This document shows, piece after piece, positions 29,490-38,776 of a DNA stretch of 64,000 nucleotides. The notes beneath the pieces were generated by a model. The model had not been told where the DNA came from, searched no databases, and saw only the letters and a list, made by a program, of their open reading frames with translations. Numbering within the stretch: position 1 is the first letter of the stretch; the number at the start of each line of letters is the position of its first letter. Made by a program: the position numbers and the translations under genes. The DNA is from a virus. The stretch lies in the IMG/VR virus record IMGVR_UViG_3300022934_000003. One strand, 5' to 3'.

Positions 29490-29870
29490 TTACCATGCTT
29501 TACAACTCCAGTACCTGGCTTTATCTTTAGGTCCTGGATTATCACAATTATGTCTAGCTCTAAAAGATTTACGGCGAGCTGGAATATGCTTTTTAATTGA
29601 CATATTAGGATCACCAAATTCTACTTTTTTAGCCTTACCATCTCCATCAGGATCTACATAAACCTTTGATTTTTTAACATCACCCGCAGTAGGTTTATTA
29701 AGAGTTACTTCTCTGCCTTTATAAGTTGCTTCAGAAATCTTATGTTGACCACCGCAAGATTCACATGATTCATCACAACCACAAGTTCCGTCTTCTTTAA
29801 TTTTATTACCACAGCAAGAGCATTTATCTCCTACTTTGGCTTCCGTAATAAAGTGTATAAATGATTTCAT
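29490..29870 (-). CDS. DUF6321-like protein with Cys cluster and capsid-targeting-like leader
   Basis: MKSFIHFITEA; CSCCG..CGC..C..CGG; RRKSFRARHNC...ARYWSC; start re-called. Confidence 0.6.
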   Translation of the reverse strand: MKSFIHFITEAKVGDKCSCCGNKIKEDGTCGCDESCESCGGQHKISEATYKGREVTLNKPTAGDVKKSKVYVDPDGDGKAKKVEFGDPNMSIKKHIPARRKSFRARHNCDNPGPKDKARYWSCKAW

Positions 29871-29871
29871 G

Positions 29872-30861
29872 TTAATTTCCTTTTTTAATTCTAAGAGATT
29901 GAGATATTCCAACTTGTTGAGGTGTACCGTTTGGAAACTCTTGTGTTCTATAATCATCAGCATTTACAAATCTAGTCGTATAACCAGTACCTGTAGGCAC
30001 TCGTCTTGTATCTATCATACTTGTTCCAACTGTTAAACCTGAACCATTAATATTATATGATATTTTCTTAGTTGCGTTATTAGCTAATTCATAATTTATA
30101 AATGGAGCAAGCAAATCTCTCCAAGATTCTGGAGTATGTACTCGAAGTGTTTCATCTGTTGCATCAAAATATATAGGAAACTGATCTCCACCTGTTATCA
30201 CTGCATAAGAGGTTTCAGGATAATCTACCTTATGTAAATAATATGTATTAACTGTTAATGGTTGATATGTAGATTCAGGTATACCACCAGAAGTATATGC
30301 ACTAGTATCTGCAATAGTATCAGCAAAAAATGTTCCTACTTGTGTTGCATTTGCTGGTGCTGCTGCAGTACTTATAAAATAAGTTCCGCCTTGAGCTGTT
30401 CCTGTAGCTGAAGTTGTAAATTGATCTATTACTGGAGTAACAAATGTATCAATAAAATCTTGGCGAGTCATTGCTTGAATTTGATAGTTCTCTGTTGCAG
30501 TGTTTGCTAAATATACAGGAAATTGGAAATTATTAAGATCTCCAGTTGGTTGCGGATCAGACCATCTTACTTCTCTACATGAATTGTATACCGTAGAACT
30601 TTGAGAAATGTTTGGTGTTTCAGCTTCTGTTGCAAAACGATCTACTCTAGATGTTGAAGATCCTGCAATATAATATGTATCTGTTAAAGGAAAGCCAGAT
30701 AATAAATTTGGATCACTTCCATAATTACCTATTTGTAATTCAACAGATGGAAGTTGTGCGTGAACCCAACCAGCAAATTCATTTAAATCGTCTATTGCTT
30801 CTTGATCGGCTTGCACCATATTATTTGATCCATCAAATACAAAGGGGAATACTACTGCCAT
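29872..30861 (-). CDS. putative virion structural protein
   Basis: T/G-rich; DDYRTQEFPNG; downstream of late promoter. Confidence 0.5.
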   Translation of the reverse strand: MAVVFPFVFDGSNNMVQADQEAIDDLNEFAGWVHAQLPSVELQIGNYGSDPNLLSGFPLTDTYYIAGSSTSRVDRFATEAETPNISQSSTVYNSCREVRWSDPQPTGDLNNFQFPVYLANTATENYQIQAMTRQDFIDTFVTPVIDQFTTSATGTAQGGTYFISTAAAPANATQVGTFFADTIADTSAYTSGGIPESTYQPLTVNTYYLHKVDYPETSYAVITGGDQFPIYFDATDETLRVHTPESWRDLLAPFINYELANNATKKISYNINGSGLTVGTSMIDTRRVPTGTGYTTRFVNADDYRTQEFPNGTPQQVGISQSLRIKKGN

Positions 30862-30876
30862 GTTATATTCTCCAAG

Positions 30877-31059
30877 TTAATCTCTTGCGCAATAAAGAGT
30901 TCTAACTTCTGTACCTTGAGAATCAAATATTCTTAAAACATTACTTTGAAATTTAATTGCTGAGTTAATAGTATTTTTTGTGATTGTATCTGTATTTGCG
31001 ATATTTTGTAATTCATACGTATCGCTAATCATTGTGTTGCCTGCTACTTTAATTGCCAT
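30877..31059 (-). CDS. small putative virion protein
   Basis: MAIKVAG, a tail-fibre-like N-terminus; late promoter. Confidence 0.45.
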   Translation of the reverse strand: MAIKVAGNTMISDTYELQNIANTDTITKNTINSAIKFQSNVLRIFDSQGTEVRTLYCARD

Positions 31060-31097
31060 CTTCGTCTCCTCCTGTAAAATTGACTATTAGCAAAATA

Positions 31098-31119
31098 TAT
31101 TTATACTTATTTATAAATA
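31098..31119. promoter_or_regulatory. divergent late promoters
   Basis: TATAAATA on - at 31098-31105 and 31108-31115 and on + at 31112-31119 (palindrome TATTTATAAATA). Confidence 0.7.
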
Positions 31120-31169
31120 CTAATTGATATGAATTCTTTATTATGCTAAATTAATTAGGAGATTATAAA

Positions 31170-31532
31170 ATGGCAGATGAAGAAGTTAAAAAGGTTAAAA
31201 CAATTGATGCCTCGGTAATGGCTGATGCAGACTTAGATGGTGATGGACATATTTCTCAAGAGGAATATGAAATGCATCTTGAATTTAAACGTAAAGAATT
31301 AGAAGATGCTGATGCAATGAGAGATGCGCAAAGAACTATGGCATGGTTCGCTTTATTTGGTATGTTATTATATCCTTTTGCTGTTGTTCTTGCTACAATG
31401 TTAACATTAGATCAAGCTGCTAAGATTCTTGGTGATATGGCTGCTACATACTTTGTATCAGTTGCTGCTATTGTTGCTGCGTTCTTTGGTGGTCAAGCTA
31501 TGGTAGCCAAAAGCGGAAAAGAAAAGAAATAA
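31170..31532 (+). CDS. EF-hand-containing two-TM membrane protein (holin-like)
   Basis: DLDGDGHISQEE loop; two hydrophobic segments; basic C-terminus. Confidence 0.6.
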   Translation: MADEEVKKVKTIDASVMADADLDGDGHISQEEYEMHLEFKRKELEDADAMRDAQRTMAWFALFGMLLYPFAVVLATMLTLDQAAKILGDMAATYFVSVAAIVAAFFGGQAMVAKSGKEKK

Positions 31533-31533
31533 A

Positions 31534-31561
31534 AAAGGGACCGGCTGGTCCCTTTCTTTTT
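31534..31561. terminator. bidirectional intrinsic terminator
   Basis: aaagggacc-ggct-ggtccctttc with A and T tracts, between convergent genes. Confidence 0.8.
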
Positions 31562-31580
31562 GAGTATTCTAATTGCTATA

Positions 31581-32459
31581 TTAGAATGCGACGTTCATCT
31601 CTACTTTATAAGCCAGATCTGAAGCTGATGAATCATCAGTTACTGAAGCAGAGAAAATACCTCTTTCTACTTTACCAACATAGATATCTGCATCATTTTT
31701 AGTAATATACTTACCTGTTAATGTACCAACTTCTGCAACATCCATAGATGCAACTACACCATATAGATCTTTACCAGCAACTGCATCAGAGATATCACCT
31801 AGGATACCATCATCTTGAGTTACACCAGCAGCGTCTTGTACATCGATATTAACATATGTAACACCAAAACCAGCAACATCGCCACCTACTGAATAAGCAG
31901 TATTAGTTTTACCAGCAGAAGCTTCTTGAGTTTCTACGTTAACTGAAAGACCTTGAAACTCAGTACCTAGAGTAAGGAAACGAGTATCATTTGTTACGTT
32001 TTGTGCTTTAATATCAACACCTGCAACATTAAAAGTAAGATCAGCAGTAGCATTACCGTCACCAGACTTTTGTGTTACTTTAACACCAGCTGGACCAACG
32101 TTAGTTGCAACTGAGAACTTCTGAGAAGCTGCAGATTTTTTCTGTAGAAGGCCATTACCCTTCATACCTTTTTTGTTACCAGCCATAAGATCTAAACCAC
32201 CAAGTTTAGTATCAATCCAAACTTGTGTAGCATTAACAGAATTATCTGAAGTGTCTGCGCCGATGTCTTCTAGCATCATAGTAACTGTAGACTCGCCAGA
32301 CTTACCTTTAACTGTAAGATCTAAATCTTGAGCATAATTAGCTGGACCATTACCACCTGTAAAGGTACCTTCGTAATTACCAGTAATAGAAATATCAGCG
32401 ATTGCTGATGTAGTTAAAAAAGAAGCAGCTACTGCTGCTGCAATAAAAGATTTTTTCAT
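31581..32459 (-). CDS. outer-membrane porin-like beta-barrel
   Basis: Signal peptide, amphipathic beta-strands, C-terminal Phe (YKVEMNVAF). Confidence 0.7.
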   Translation of the reverse strand: MKKSFIAAAVAASFLTTSAIADISITGNYEGTFTGGNGPANYAQDLDLTVKGKSGESTVTMMLEDIGADTSDNSVNATQVWIDTKLGGLDLMAGNKKGMKGNGLLQKKSAASQKFSVATNVGPAGVKVTQKSGDGNATADLTFNVAGVDIKAQNVTNDTRFLTLGTEFQGLSVNVETQEASAGKTNTAYSVGGDVAGFGVTYVNIDVQDAAGVTQDDGILGDISDAVAGKDLYGVVASMDVAEVGTLTGKYITKNDADIYVGKVERGIFSASVTDDSSASDLAYKVEMNVAF

Positions 32460-32517
32460 TATAATCTCCTTTTATAAAATATATACACTTAAGGTGTGTA
32501 ATTAACCTTCAAGAGAA

Positions 32518-32769
32518 TTAATAAACTCCAAGAATAAATTCGTCGCTTACGAGAACACGATTAGTATCGATCCTTAAGCTTTTTTCCCAGATTAGTGCAA
32601 CTTTATCGCCAACTTTAATTTCATATTTGTTGACATCTGGACCAACCGCGTCGACTCGACCTGGTCTAGCACCTACATCAACCGAAGAGCCAGTTAGTAC
32701 AATACCACTGGCAGTTTTCGTTTCTGCTTCTTGCTGGGTAACTAAAACGTAATTTTTCAATGGATTCAT
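32518..32769 (-). CDS. groES: co-chaperonin GroES-like
   Basis: PLKNYVLV, KTASGIVL, GRVDAVGP, IKVGDKV, ILGV. Confidence 0.88.
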   Translation of the reverse strand: MNPLKNYVLVTQQEAETKTASGIVLTGSSVDVGARPGRVDAVGPDVNKYEIKVGDKVALIWEKSLRIDTNRVLVSDEFILGVY

Positions 32770-32786
32770 AATTTCTCCTTCAATAT

Positions 32787-33002
32787 TTAATCAAATGACG
32801 CGCAGTCAGCGATTAAATCTCCATCTTGATCAGTTGTAATAAATACATGATTTTCAATAACTTCATCGCCTATATTATAGTGAACTTCGTATTGAGCTTC
32901 ATCTGAAGCATTAATTTGTACAAATGATGAATCATCAACAACGATACTATAACCGGCTTCTACAATCAATGCATTTATTTCATCAGTAGTTAAATTTTCC
33001 AA
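32787..33002 (-). CDS. acidic hypothetical protein
   Basis: 71 aa; TATAAATA at 33018-33025 upstream. Confidence 0.5.
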   Translation of the reverse strand: MENLTTDEINALIVEAGYSIVVDDSSFVQINASDEAQYEVHYNIGDEVIENHVFITTDQDGDLIADCASFD

Positions 33003-33225
33003 TTTAATTCTCCGTATTATTTATAACAAAAAGTGTTACACTTATAAAACAAAGTGTAACATTGTTAACACAATATTACTTTTTAATAATATTGATTTAT
33101 ATATAAAAGTTTTTTTATTCTAATGTAAATAAAATTATAAGTCCAACCGCGGCTGCTATACCTGCTGCAACTGCAGTGAAAACTTCTTTCACTGTTAAAT
33201 GTTTATTCATTATATTTTCCTTTAT

Positions 33226-33648
33226 TTATAAAGTTACTTCAAGAGCTTTAAAAGCTTCTAATGTTAATTCCTCTTCTAATTCATATGCTTCCACTTCCCA
33301 AGGAGCATCATGGTAATTAATATCTTCATGAACTAATGTACCTTTCCAACGATGTACACCGCCAATAATTTCTTTTAATTCACCACGTGCATATTGTTTT
33401 ACATGAATCATTTCGTGTACAACAGTACCAATTAATTCATACAAAGACATACCTTTACAAATTTCCATTTCAAATTCGCGATTTGTATCACCCATGAGGC
33501 AGTATCCATAAGCATCACTATTTTTAATAGTGACATCGATTTCGATATTACGGATACGCGGCATGAGTTTATGGAGACACCATTCGACGGTAGATGTTAC
33601 GATTTCACGTTCTTTAGATTTTCCACCGACTACATTAATATATTTCAT
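33226..33648 (-). CDS. zinc metallopeptidase-like (SprT/HExxH) protein
   Basis: HEMIHVKQ...PWEVEAY. Confidence 0.75.
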   Translation of the reverse strand: MKYINVVGGKSKEREIVTSTVEWCLHKLMPRIRNIEIDVTIKNSDAYGYCLMGDTNREFEMEICKGMSLYELIGTVVHEMIHVKQYARGELKEIIGGVHRWKGTLVHEDINYHDAPWEVEAYELEEELTLEAFKALEVTL

Positions 33649-33686
33649 TGTGTAATATTACCACTCTTTTTACCATTTATAGTAAT

Positions 33687-33755
33687 ATTATAACATGATT
33701 TTCAAAAAATGTCAACCTTTTTTTGAAATAAAAAAGCCTTATAAATCAATAACTT
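33687..33755 (-). promoter_or_regulatory. sigma70 promoter with upstream IHF-like box
   Basis: TTGACA-N17-TATAAT at 33687-33715; AATCAATAACTTG just upstream. Confidence 0.65.
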
Positions 33756-33765
33756 GGAAAAAATT

Positions 33766-34278
33766 TCAGTCTTTTTTAAGCTTTTTGCAGAGATTATCGT
33801 ATTTTGCTTGGTCAACAACACCTTCTGATAGCAATTTTTCACGATTTTTCATATGTTTGGCCTGTACATCGTCCTTAGAGCCACCAAAATAAGGAACACA
33901 ATGTCCTTCCTTAATCATGATTTCTGTGACTAATGTGGGGGTTGTCATGCCATTATAATCCATTGAAGTAATAGGATACTCAACATAAAAATCGCCAAGA
34001 ATACGACCAAATTTACCTTTCATATCTTCGCCATCTTTATCTTCAGTAGTAACTAATTGTCCACCATTTTTCAAAAGTTCTTTTAATCTATTTTTAGCAG
34101 CAATACCAAATAGTTTTTCTACTTTGTCGCTTGTGCGTGATTCTGGTGTGTCAATGCCCATAATTCTTACACGCTCATCGCGTAGCCAAACACCAAAACC
34201 AAGGTTGATGTTAACATCGACTGTATCACCATCTACTACTTTAATTAGTTCTACGTCATATCTATTTTGCTGTGCCAT
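33766..34278 (-). CDS. thermonuclease (SNase) family protein
   Basis: KVVDGDTV, RVRIMGIDTPE, GKFGRILG. Confidence 0.88.
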   Translation of the reverse strand: MAQQNRYDVELIKVVDGDTVDVNINLGFGVWLRDERVRIMGIDTPESRTSDKVEKLFGIAAKNRLKELLKNGGQLVTTEDKDGEDMKGKFGRILGDFYVEYPITSMDYNGMTTPTLVTEIMIKEGHCVPYFGGSKDDVQAKHMKNREKLLSEGVVDQAKYDNLCKKLKKD

Positions 34279-34289
34279 TTTTACTCCTA

Positions 34290-35012
34290 TTAAGTGTTAA
34301 TTTTTCTCCACCACCAACATAATCTGCTCATATCTTGAAAATGTCCGCCGGTCCAATTTTGCAAAAAAGTCTCGCCGACTTTTTCTAAATTATACGTAGC
34401 TTCCATATTATTAATAAATTCTTCATTCCAGCCGTCATCTTGTATTCTAGCTTTTACAAAAATCCAATCACTTGACATTTTAACAACATATTTTAATTCT
34501 TCTTCAATCCAAGTTTGATCATCGCTATTTAAAGAACCAATACAAACAAAAACATCAGCCGCATTATCTCCATACATTTCATGCGCTTCTTGTGAAGAAA
34601 TTACACGAGTATTATCATCAGCAAACCAATTGATATATTTGTTATCATATGTAGTCCAAATTTTTTCATCATCTGTACCACCAGCATCTGAAAATGGTTT
34701 TCTTTCTGATGTTAAACTTTTTTGAAGCTTCTCATAAAACTCAAATTGATTTAGTATATCTGCTTCTAAATTGCCGCCCATAAACTCATCCCAGCTTCCA
34801 TCACCACATAGACAATCTGCTCTTCCGTGAGCTCTGTGTGGTAACCAATAATAGTTTCCAGATTGAATAATTCTTGTTGGGTTTTTCTCAAAAATTTCAG
34901 TTAATACTTTTCCTTCCCAATTAATTTTTTTAGCCCAGGAAAATGAATCATCTGAATCTGATATGCCAATCAGCTCTTTAATTTCATTATCAGTATAATT
35001 AAATTCTGCCAT
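34290..35012 (-). CDS. hypothetical protein, possibly a degenerate methyltransferase paralog
   Basis: ADVFVCIGSLN and C-terminal RLCWWWRK. Confidence 0.45.
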   Translation of the reverse strand: MAEFNYTDNEIKELIGISDSDDSFSWAKKINWEGKVLTEIFEKNPTRIIQSGNYYWLPHRAHGRADCLCGDGSWDEFMGGNLEADILNQFEFYEKLQKSLTSERKPFSDAGGTDDEKIWTTYDNKYINWFADDNTRVISSQEAHEMYGDNAADVFVCIGSLNSDDQTWIEEELKYVVKMSSDWIFVKARIQDDGWNEEFINNMEATYNLEKVGETFLQNWTGGHFQDMSRLCWWWRKINT

Positions 35013-35020
35013 TTTTCTTA

Positions 35021-35461
35021 TTAATCATTAAGTGGATTGTCTAAAGCTTTTTGAATTCGATCTTCTAGATCTGTTTTTGTCGTTTCTAGTTTATTTTCAA
35101 AACGATCTAATTTAGTATCATAATTTTCTAATTTTGCTGTTACTTTTGTATCAATACGATACATATTTGTTTTAGCATCATTTAAGTTTGTTTCCATTGA
35201 TGATAAAAGTTTTTGTTGATTGTCAATCTTTTGGTCAATTAATTCCATGCGCTGTTCAAATGCACCTACATCAAGATTAGCAACTTCCTCAATCTTTTGA
35301 TACATTGTAAAACCTGCATATAACATACCAATAACAGAACCAAGACCAGCAATAGCCATACTTAATGTTGTAGGAGTCATCTTCAACCCCATTACATTAA
35401 ATGATTTGTCTTTAAGTCCTTCTAATTTTTCTAGCTCTTCGCCTAAATCTTTATCTGCCAT
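35021..35461 (-). CDS. single-TM coiled-coil protein
   Basis: Hydrophobic segment followed by a long heptad region ending ALDNPL. Confidence 0.6.
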   Translation of the reverse strand: MADKDLGEELEKLEGLKDKSFNVMGLKMTPTTLSMAIAGLGSVIGMLYAGFTMYQKIEEVANLDVGAFEQRMELIDQKIDNQQKLLSSMETNLNDAKTNMYRIDTKVTAKLENYDTKLDRFENKLETTKTDLEDRIQKALDNPLND

Positions 35462-35479
35462 GATTTACCTTTCTAGTTT

Positions 35480-35668
35480 TCAATATCTTTTAATTCTAGT
35501 ACGTGGATATACAATAGGATTTTGTTTATTATATTCCCTTTGCCTTTCCACTTCTTCTTTTGTAAATTTACTGATATAAGATTGAGCACATTGAGATGCA
35601 ATAGAGTAGTTGGGCTCATATGAATCCCAACACCATTTTATTGCATCGTTAACGTTTGCAAAATCCAT
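35480..35668 (-). CDS. hypothetical protein
   Basis: 62-aa ORF within the operon. Confidence 0.45.
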   Translation of the reverse strand: MDFANVNDAIKWCWDSYEPNYSIASQCAQSYISKFTKEEVERQREYNKQNPIVYPRTRIKRY

Positions 35669-36127
35669 TTAACTCTTTCCTAGATAGAATGAACCAGCCG
35701 CAAGAATAGAAATCTTAAGCCACTCAAATGCAACTACCGCGTTCTCTAGTCTTACAAACTCTGTAACTGTTTGTGTATTATCAAATAAACCTAGTAAATT
35801 AAATCCTTTTGTAACTTCTACAGGAACAACAATATCTAATCCTGTTAAACCAGCAGTCATTGCCCATGCACCCATTGCTAACATAGATAATACAAAGATA
35901 CGTCTTGTCATTTTAGCGAATGGATCATTACCCACTCTTTTTGCAGCTGCGTTTGCTGAATCTGTTGCTGCCTGTTTTCTCTTAGCATCATTCTCTGTCT
36001 CGGCATTCATCTTACCGATTAAAAGTTTTTGCTGTTCTGCTTTATTTTTTTGAGCTTGGTCCATGAACTTAAAAAGTCCACCCATTGCGGCGCCACCTGC
36101 CATTGTAATTAGTTCTACTGGAATCAT
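35669..36127 (-). CDS. holin-like membrane protein
   Basis: N-terminal amphipathic helix, TRR..TM, C-terminal TM ending FYLG. Confidence 0.5.
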   Translation of the reverse strand: MIPVELITMAGGAAMGGLFKFMDQAQKNKAEQQKLLIGKMNAETENDAKRKQAATDSANAAAKRVGNDPFAKMTRRIFVLSMLAMGAWAMTAGLTGLDIVVPVEVTKGFNLLGLFDNTQTVTEFVRLENAVVAFEWLKISILAAGSFYLGKS

Positions 36128-36504
36128 TTTTCTTTCCTCATTAATAATTTATATCTAATTGTATTTGCTAAATACAGCCCTCCAGAAAGTAAAAATATAA
36201 TTAATAATGGCCAAGGTAACCTTAATGGTTGCTCTTCGACTTCTTCCACCTCACCAACAATTTCTTGTTGATTAACTTCTGGTTTTTTCTTCTCTACTTT
36301 TTGAACCACAACTTCTGATCCATTCCAATTGTGATTCGAATCATAATATTTTTCTTCTTCATAAACATCTTCTGTTATTGGTTTTGTTTCTTCTAATACA
36401 GTTTTAACAGTAGTTGCTTTACTAATAATATCTATAATAGGATATGTTTCTAAAGTAGAGCATCCTGTTAAAAATATCATTAAACATATTATAGCATATT
36501 TCAT
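36124..36504 (-). CDS. lipoprotein with C-terminal TM (u-spanin architecture)
   Basis: Lipobox LTGC; C-terminal PWPLLIIFLLSGGLYLA followed by basic residues. Confidence 0.5.
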   Translation of the reverse strand: MKYAIICLMIFLTGCSTLETYPIIDIISKATTVKTVLEETKPITEDVYEEEKYYDSNHNWNGSEVVVQKVEKKKPEVNQQEIVGEVEEVEEQPLRLPWPLLIIFLLSGGLYLANTIRYKLLMRKEK

Positions 36505-36929
36505 TTTTTCTTGTCAGAATCATTTTCAAATTTAAAATTTTTCAATTTATTAATTTCTTCTTGTAATTTAATTACCTCAAGTCTTTTCTTTCTTAACTCA
36601 AGTTCATATAATGAATTACAATTAATTCTTTCTTTTGGCGCATCTAACGGAATAATTATTCTCGCATAAACACCTACGTCTTTAGTACTATCAACATTTG
36701 GATTACTCGATCCAAATGGAGAATCATAATTATCAATAATACCAGTAACACCAAATTCTAAATTAGTTGCTCCGCCAATAGCATTTTTACAATCAAGACC
36801 ATCAGGAGATCTTATACTATCTTGTCCATAAGTACTACCAGCATTTGGTAATTGTAAATTTAATGAACTAGCAGCTAAAACTCCGCCGCTAAATATCATT
36901 GATAAACAAAATACAACAAATTTTTTCAT
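36501..36929 (-). CDS. secreted protein with C-terminal coiled coil
   Basis: Signal peptide MKKFVVF...VLA; two Cys; start re-called. Confidence 0.6.
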   Translation of the reverse strand: MKKFVVFCLSMIFSGGVLAASSLNLQLPNAGSTYGQDSIRSPDGLDCKNAIGGATNLEFGVTGIIDNYDSPFGSSNPNVDSTKDVGVYARIIIPLDAPKERINCNSLYELELRKKRLEVIKLQEEINKLKNFKFENDSDKKK

Positions 36930-36943
36930 TTCAATGTTCCTTC

Positions 36944-37330
36944 TCATTTTATTTTAGAACATATCCTAGATAAGATAGCGGTTCTGATTTCATCTTCTTT
37001 TTTTATTTTAGATTTAGAACAAATATATAATGCTCTATCTTTATCTTTTTCTCTTATGTAAATATCTAATCTAACTCTACTAAGATATTTTAATTCTATA
37101 ATATTTTGTTTACTTATAGAATAAGAAGTTACAAACGGAACATTTTTCCAATCTTTATCAAATACTCCAACCTCATAATACTCTACATCTTTTCTTTTAT
37201 TTAACATCTCCATTGTAGTTTTTAGTACTCCTTCAACATGAGATGGTTCTAATTTTGGGTATGTTGGCGTCATTTCATGAGCGCTCAATGTTAAAGGTAA
37301 TAACGCCAACATCATAATAAAATATTTCAT
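36944..37330 (-). CDS. secreted protein, fimbrial-chaperone-like
   Basis: Signal peptide, AHEMTPTYP, LNKR..V.YYEV, YICS...SRICS. Confidence 0.5.
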   Translation of the reverse strand: MKYFIMMLALLPLTLSAHEMTPTYPKLEPSHVEGVLKTTMEMLNKRKDVEYYEVGVFDKDWKNVPFVTSYSISKQNIIELKYLSRVRLDIYIREKDKDRALYICSKSKIKKEDEIRTAILSRICSKIK

Positions 37331-37347
37331 AATCTAATTTTTCCTCA

Positions 37348-37848
37348 TTATTGTGCTACGCAACTTGCTTCAACAAGTGCTGTGTAACTTCCACCTGGAA
37401 AAGCTTTTGAGCCTCCCATAACTGCTGTAGATGAAGTCTTAAACCAAGTACTTCCTGTTGCAGTTAAATCATACTTATCCGTCATATCAAATTCAATTTT
37501 ATTTGTTTCATAATCTGCCATATTTGTAGCGTCTGATACTGCAGATACTTCAGTATCGCCTGACCATGTTACCACGTCTGGTAAATTTGGTGCAGATGAA
37601 AAAGCACTTGGTGCAGTAAATTCTACATAATACGCATCAGCTAATGTAACGTCTACGCGTGTTACCGCTAGAACACCACCATCAGCTACTGCTGTTGTTA
37701 ACGTATAAGCATTAGGGTTACCATACACACCAGCTGTGTCGGTAGAAATAATGCATCTTGACTGTACACTACCATTAATTGGAGTATCAGCCGCCGCACT
37801 AGTAATCATACCTAATGTAGCAATTGTGATTAATGTTTTAATGAACAT
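37348..37848 (-). CDS. secreted pilin/fimbrial-subunit-like protein
   Basis: Signal peptide; INGSVQSRC at the N-terminus; PGGSYTALVEASC at the C-terminus. Confidence 0.5.
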   Translation of the reverse strand: MFIKTLITIATLGMITSAAADTPINGSVQSRCIISTDTAGVYGNPNAYTLTTAVADGGVLAVTRVDVTLADAYYVEFTAPSAFSSAPNLPDVVTWSGDTEVSAVSDATNMADYETNKIEFDMTDKYDLTATGSTWFKTSSTAVMGGSKAFPGGSYTALVEASCVAQ

Positions 37849-37891
37849 ATGTTCTCTCCTAACTAGTTATTTTTTTCTTATCATATATTCA

Positions 37892-38776
37892 TCATCTATA
37901 TTGCGCGTTGATCATTTCTTCGTGCAATTTTTGAGTGGACCAATTCAAACGTCTTCCACTCTTATTATCTGGAAGTTGCCCTCCATCTAATTTTACAGTT
38001 TCTTTATATGAACCACCAGGAATAGTACTATTGATATAACTAGTCATATTAACCTGATTATTCATTTGTTGTAGCATTAATCCTTGAGCTATTGACTCTG
38101 CAAATAAAGCGGAATTATCTGCTTCTGCTAATGCTTTTTCTAATCTTTCTTTTCTATCTTTCTCTTCTTTTTCTTCTGCTTCTGCTAATTCTTCTTCAGA
38201 CTTTTCTTCTTCTTCGTCATAATTTTCTTCTTTGTTATCTGTTTCTTCTTCCTCTACTTCAAACTGCTCATATAAAGAAGATACATCAATTTCTGGAGGT
38301 TTGGGTGGAATAAATCCTGGACAATTAACATTTGCTTGTGGATTATAACAAGGATCTACTTTATATGTGTAAATCACTGTTGCATCTTCAACCGTACCAT
38401 CACCAGTTGTATTTAAAAATCCATCTCCAAACTGAGAACGATGTACATAAGGTAGTGGAACATTCTTAATAATCGCAATTCCGCCTGGAGCTCCATCCCA
38501 ATTATCTGTTTCTTTCCAAACATAACCAGACTTATCAGCATTCCAGTTACCAATGTCTACTTCAAAATTGGAATTGGTTTCTTTTATTGGAGTGTAAGTA
38601 TAAAATACATTATTAATACTTGTTCCACTCGGATCAGGCAATACACTATCCATACTCCAAGGATTGCCATAATTCACAGCATTCCCCGTGAATCCGTAAT
38701 AAGGCTTTATAGATTCAGAATAAGAATAATAAGGCAGCAAGGCCACCAAGGCCGTAAGTAGCAGTTTCTTTAGCAT
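37892..38776 (-). CDS. secreted protein with acidic stalk
   Basis: Signal peptide, beta domain, DPC..P....CPG, long E/K-rich tract. Confidence 0.6.
   Translation of the reverse strand: MLKKLLLTALVALLPYYSYSESIKPYYGFTGNAVNYGNPWSMDSVLPDPSGTSINNVFYTYTPIKETNSNFEVDIGNWNADKSGYVWKETDNWDGAPGGIAIIKNVPLPYVHRSQFGDGFLNTTGDGTVEDATVIYTYKVDPCYNPQANVNCPGFIPPKPPEIDVSSLYEQFEVEEEETDNKEENYDEEEEKSEEELAEAEEKEEKDRKERLEKALAEADNSALFAESIAQGLMLQQMNNQVNMTSYINSTIPGGSYKETVKLDGGQLPDNKSGRRLNWSTQKLHEEMINAQYR

Noticed and set aside
29490-29963. 157-aa ORF as given in the track
   Set aside because: The extension overlaps the upstream gene; RBS and leader motif support a start at 29870
38150-38260. TCT/TTC-rich low-complexity tract
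   Set aside because: Explained by the Glu/Lys-rich stalk of the encoded protein
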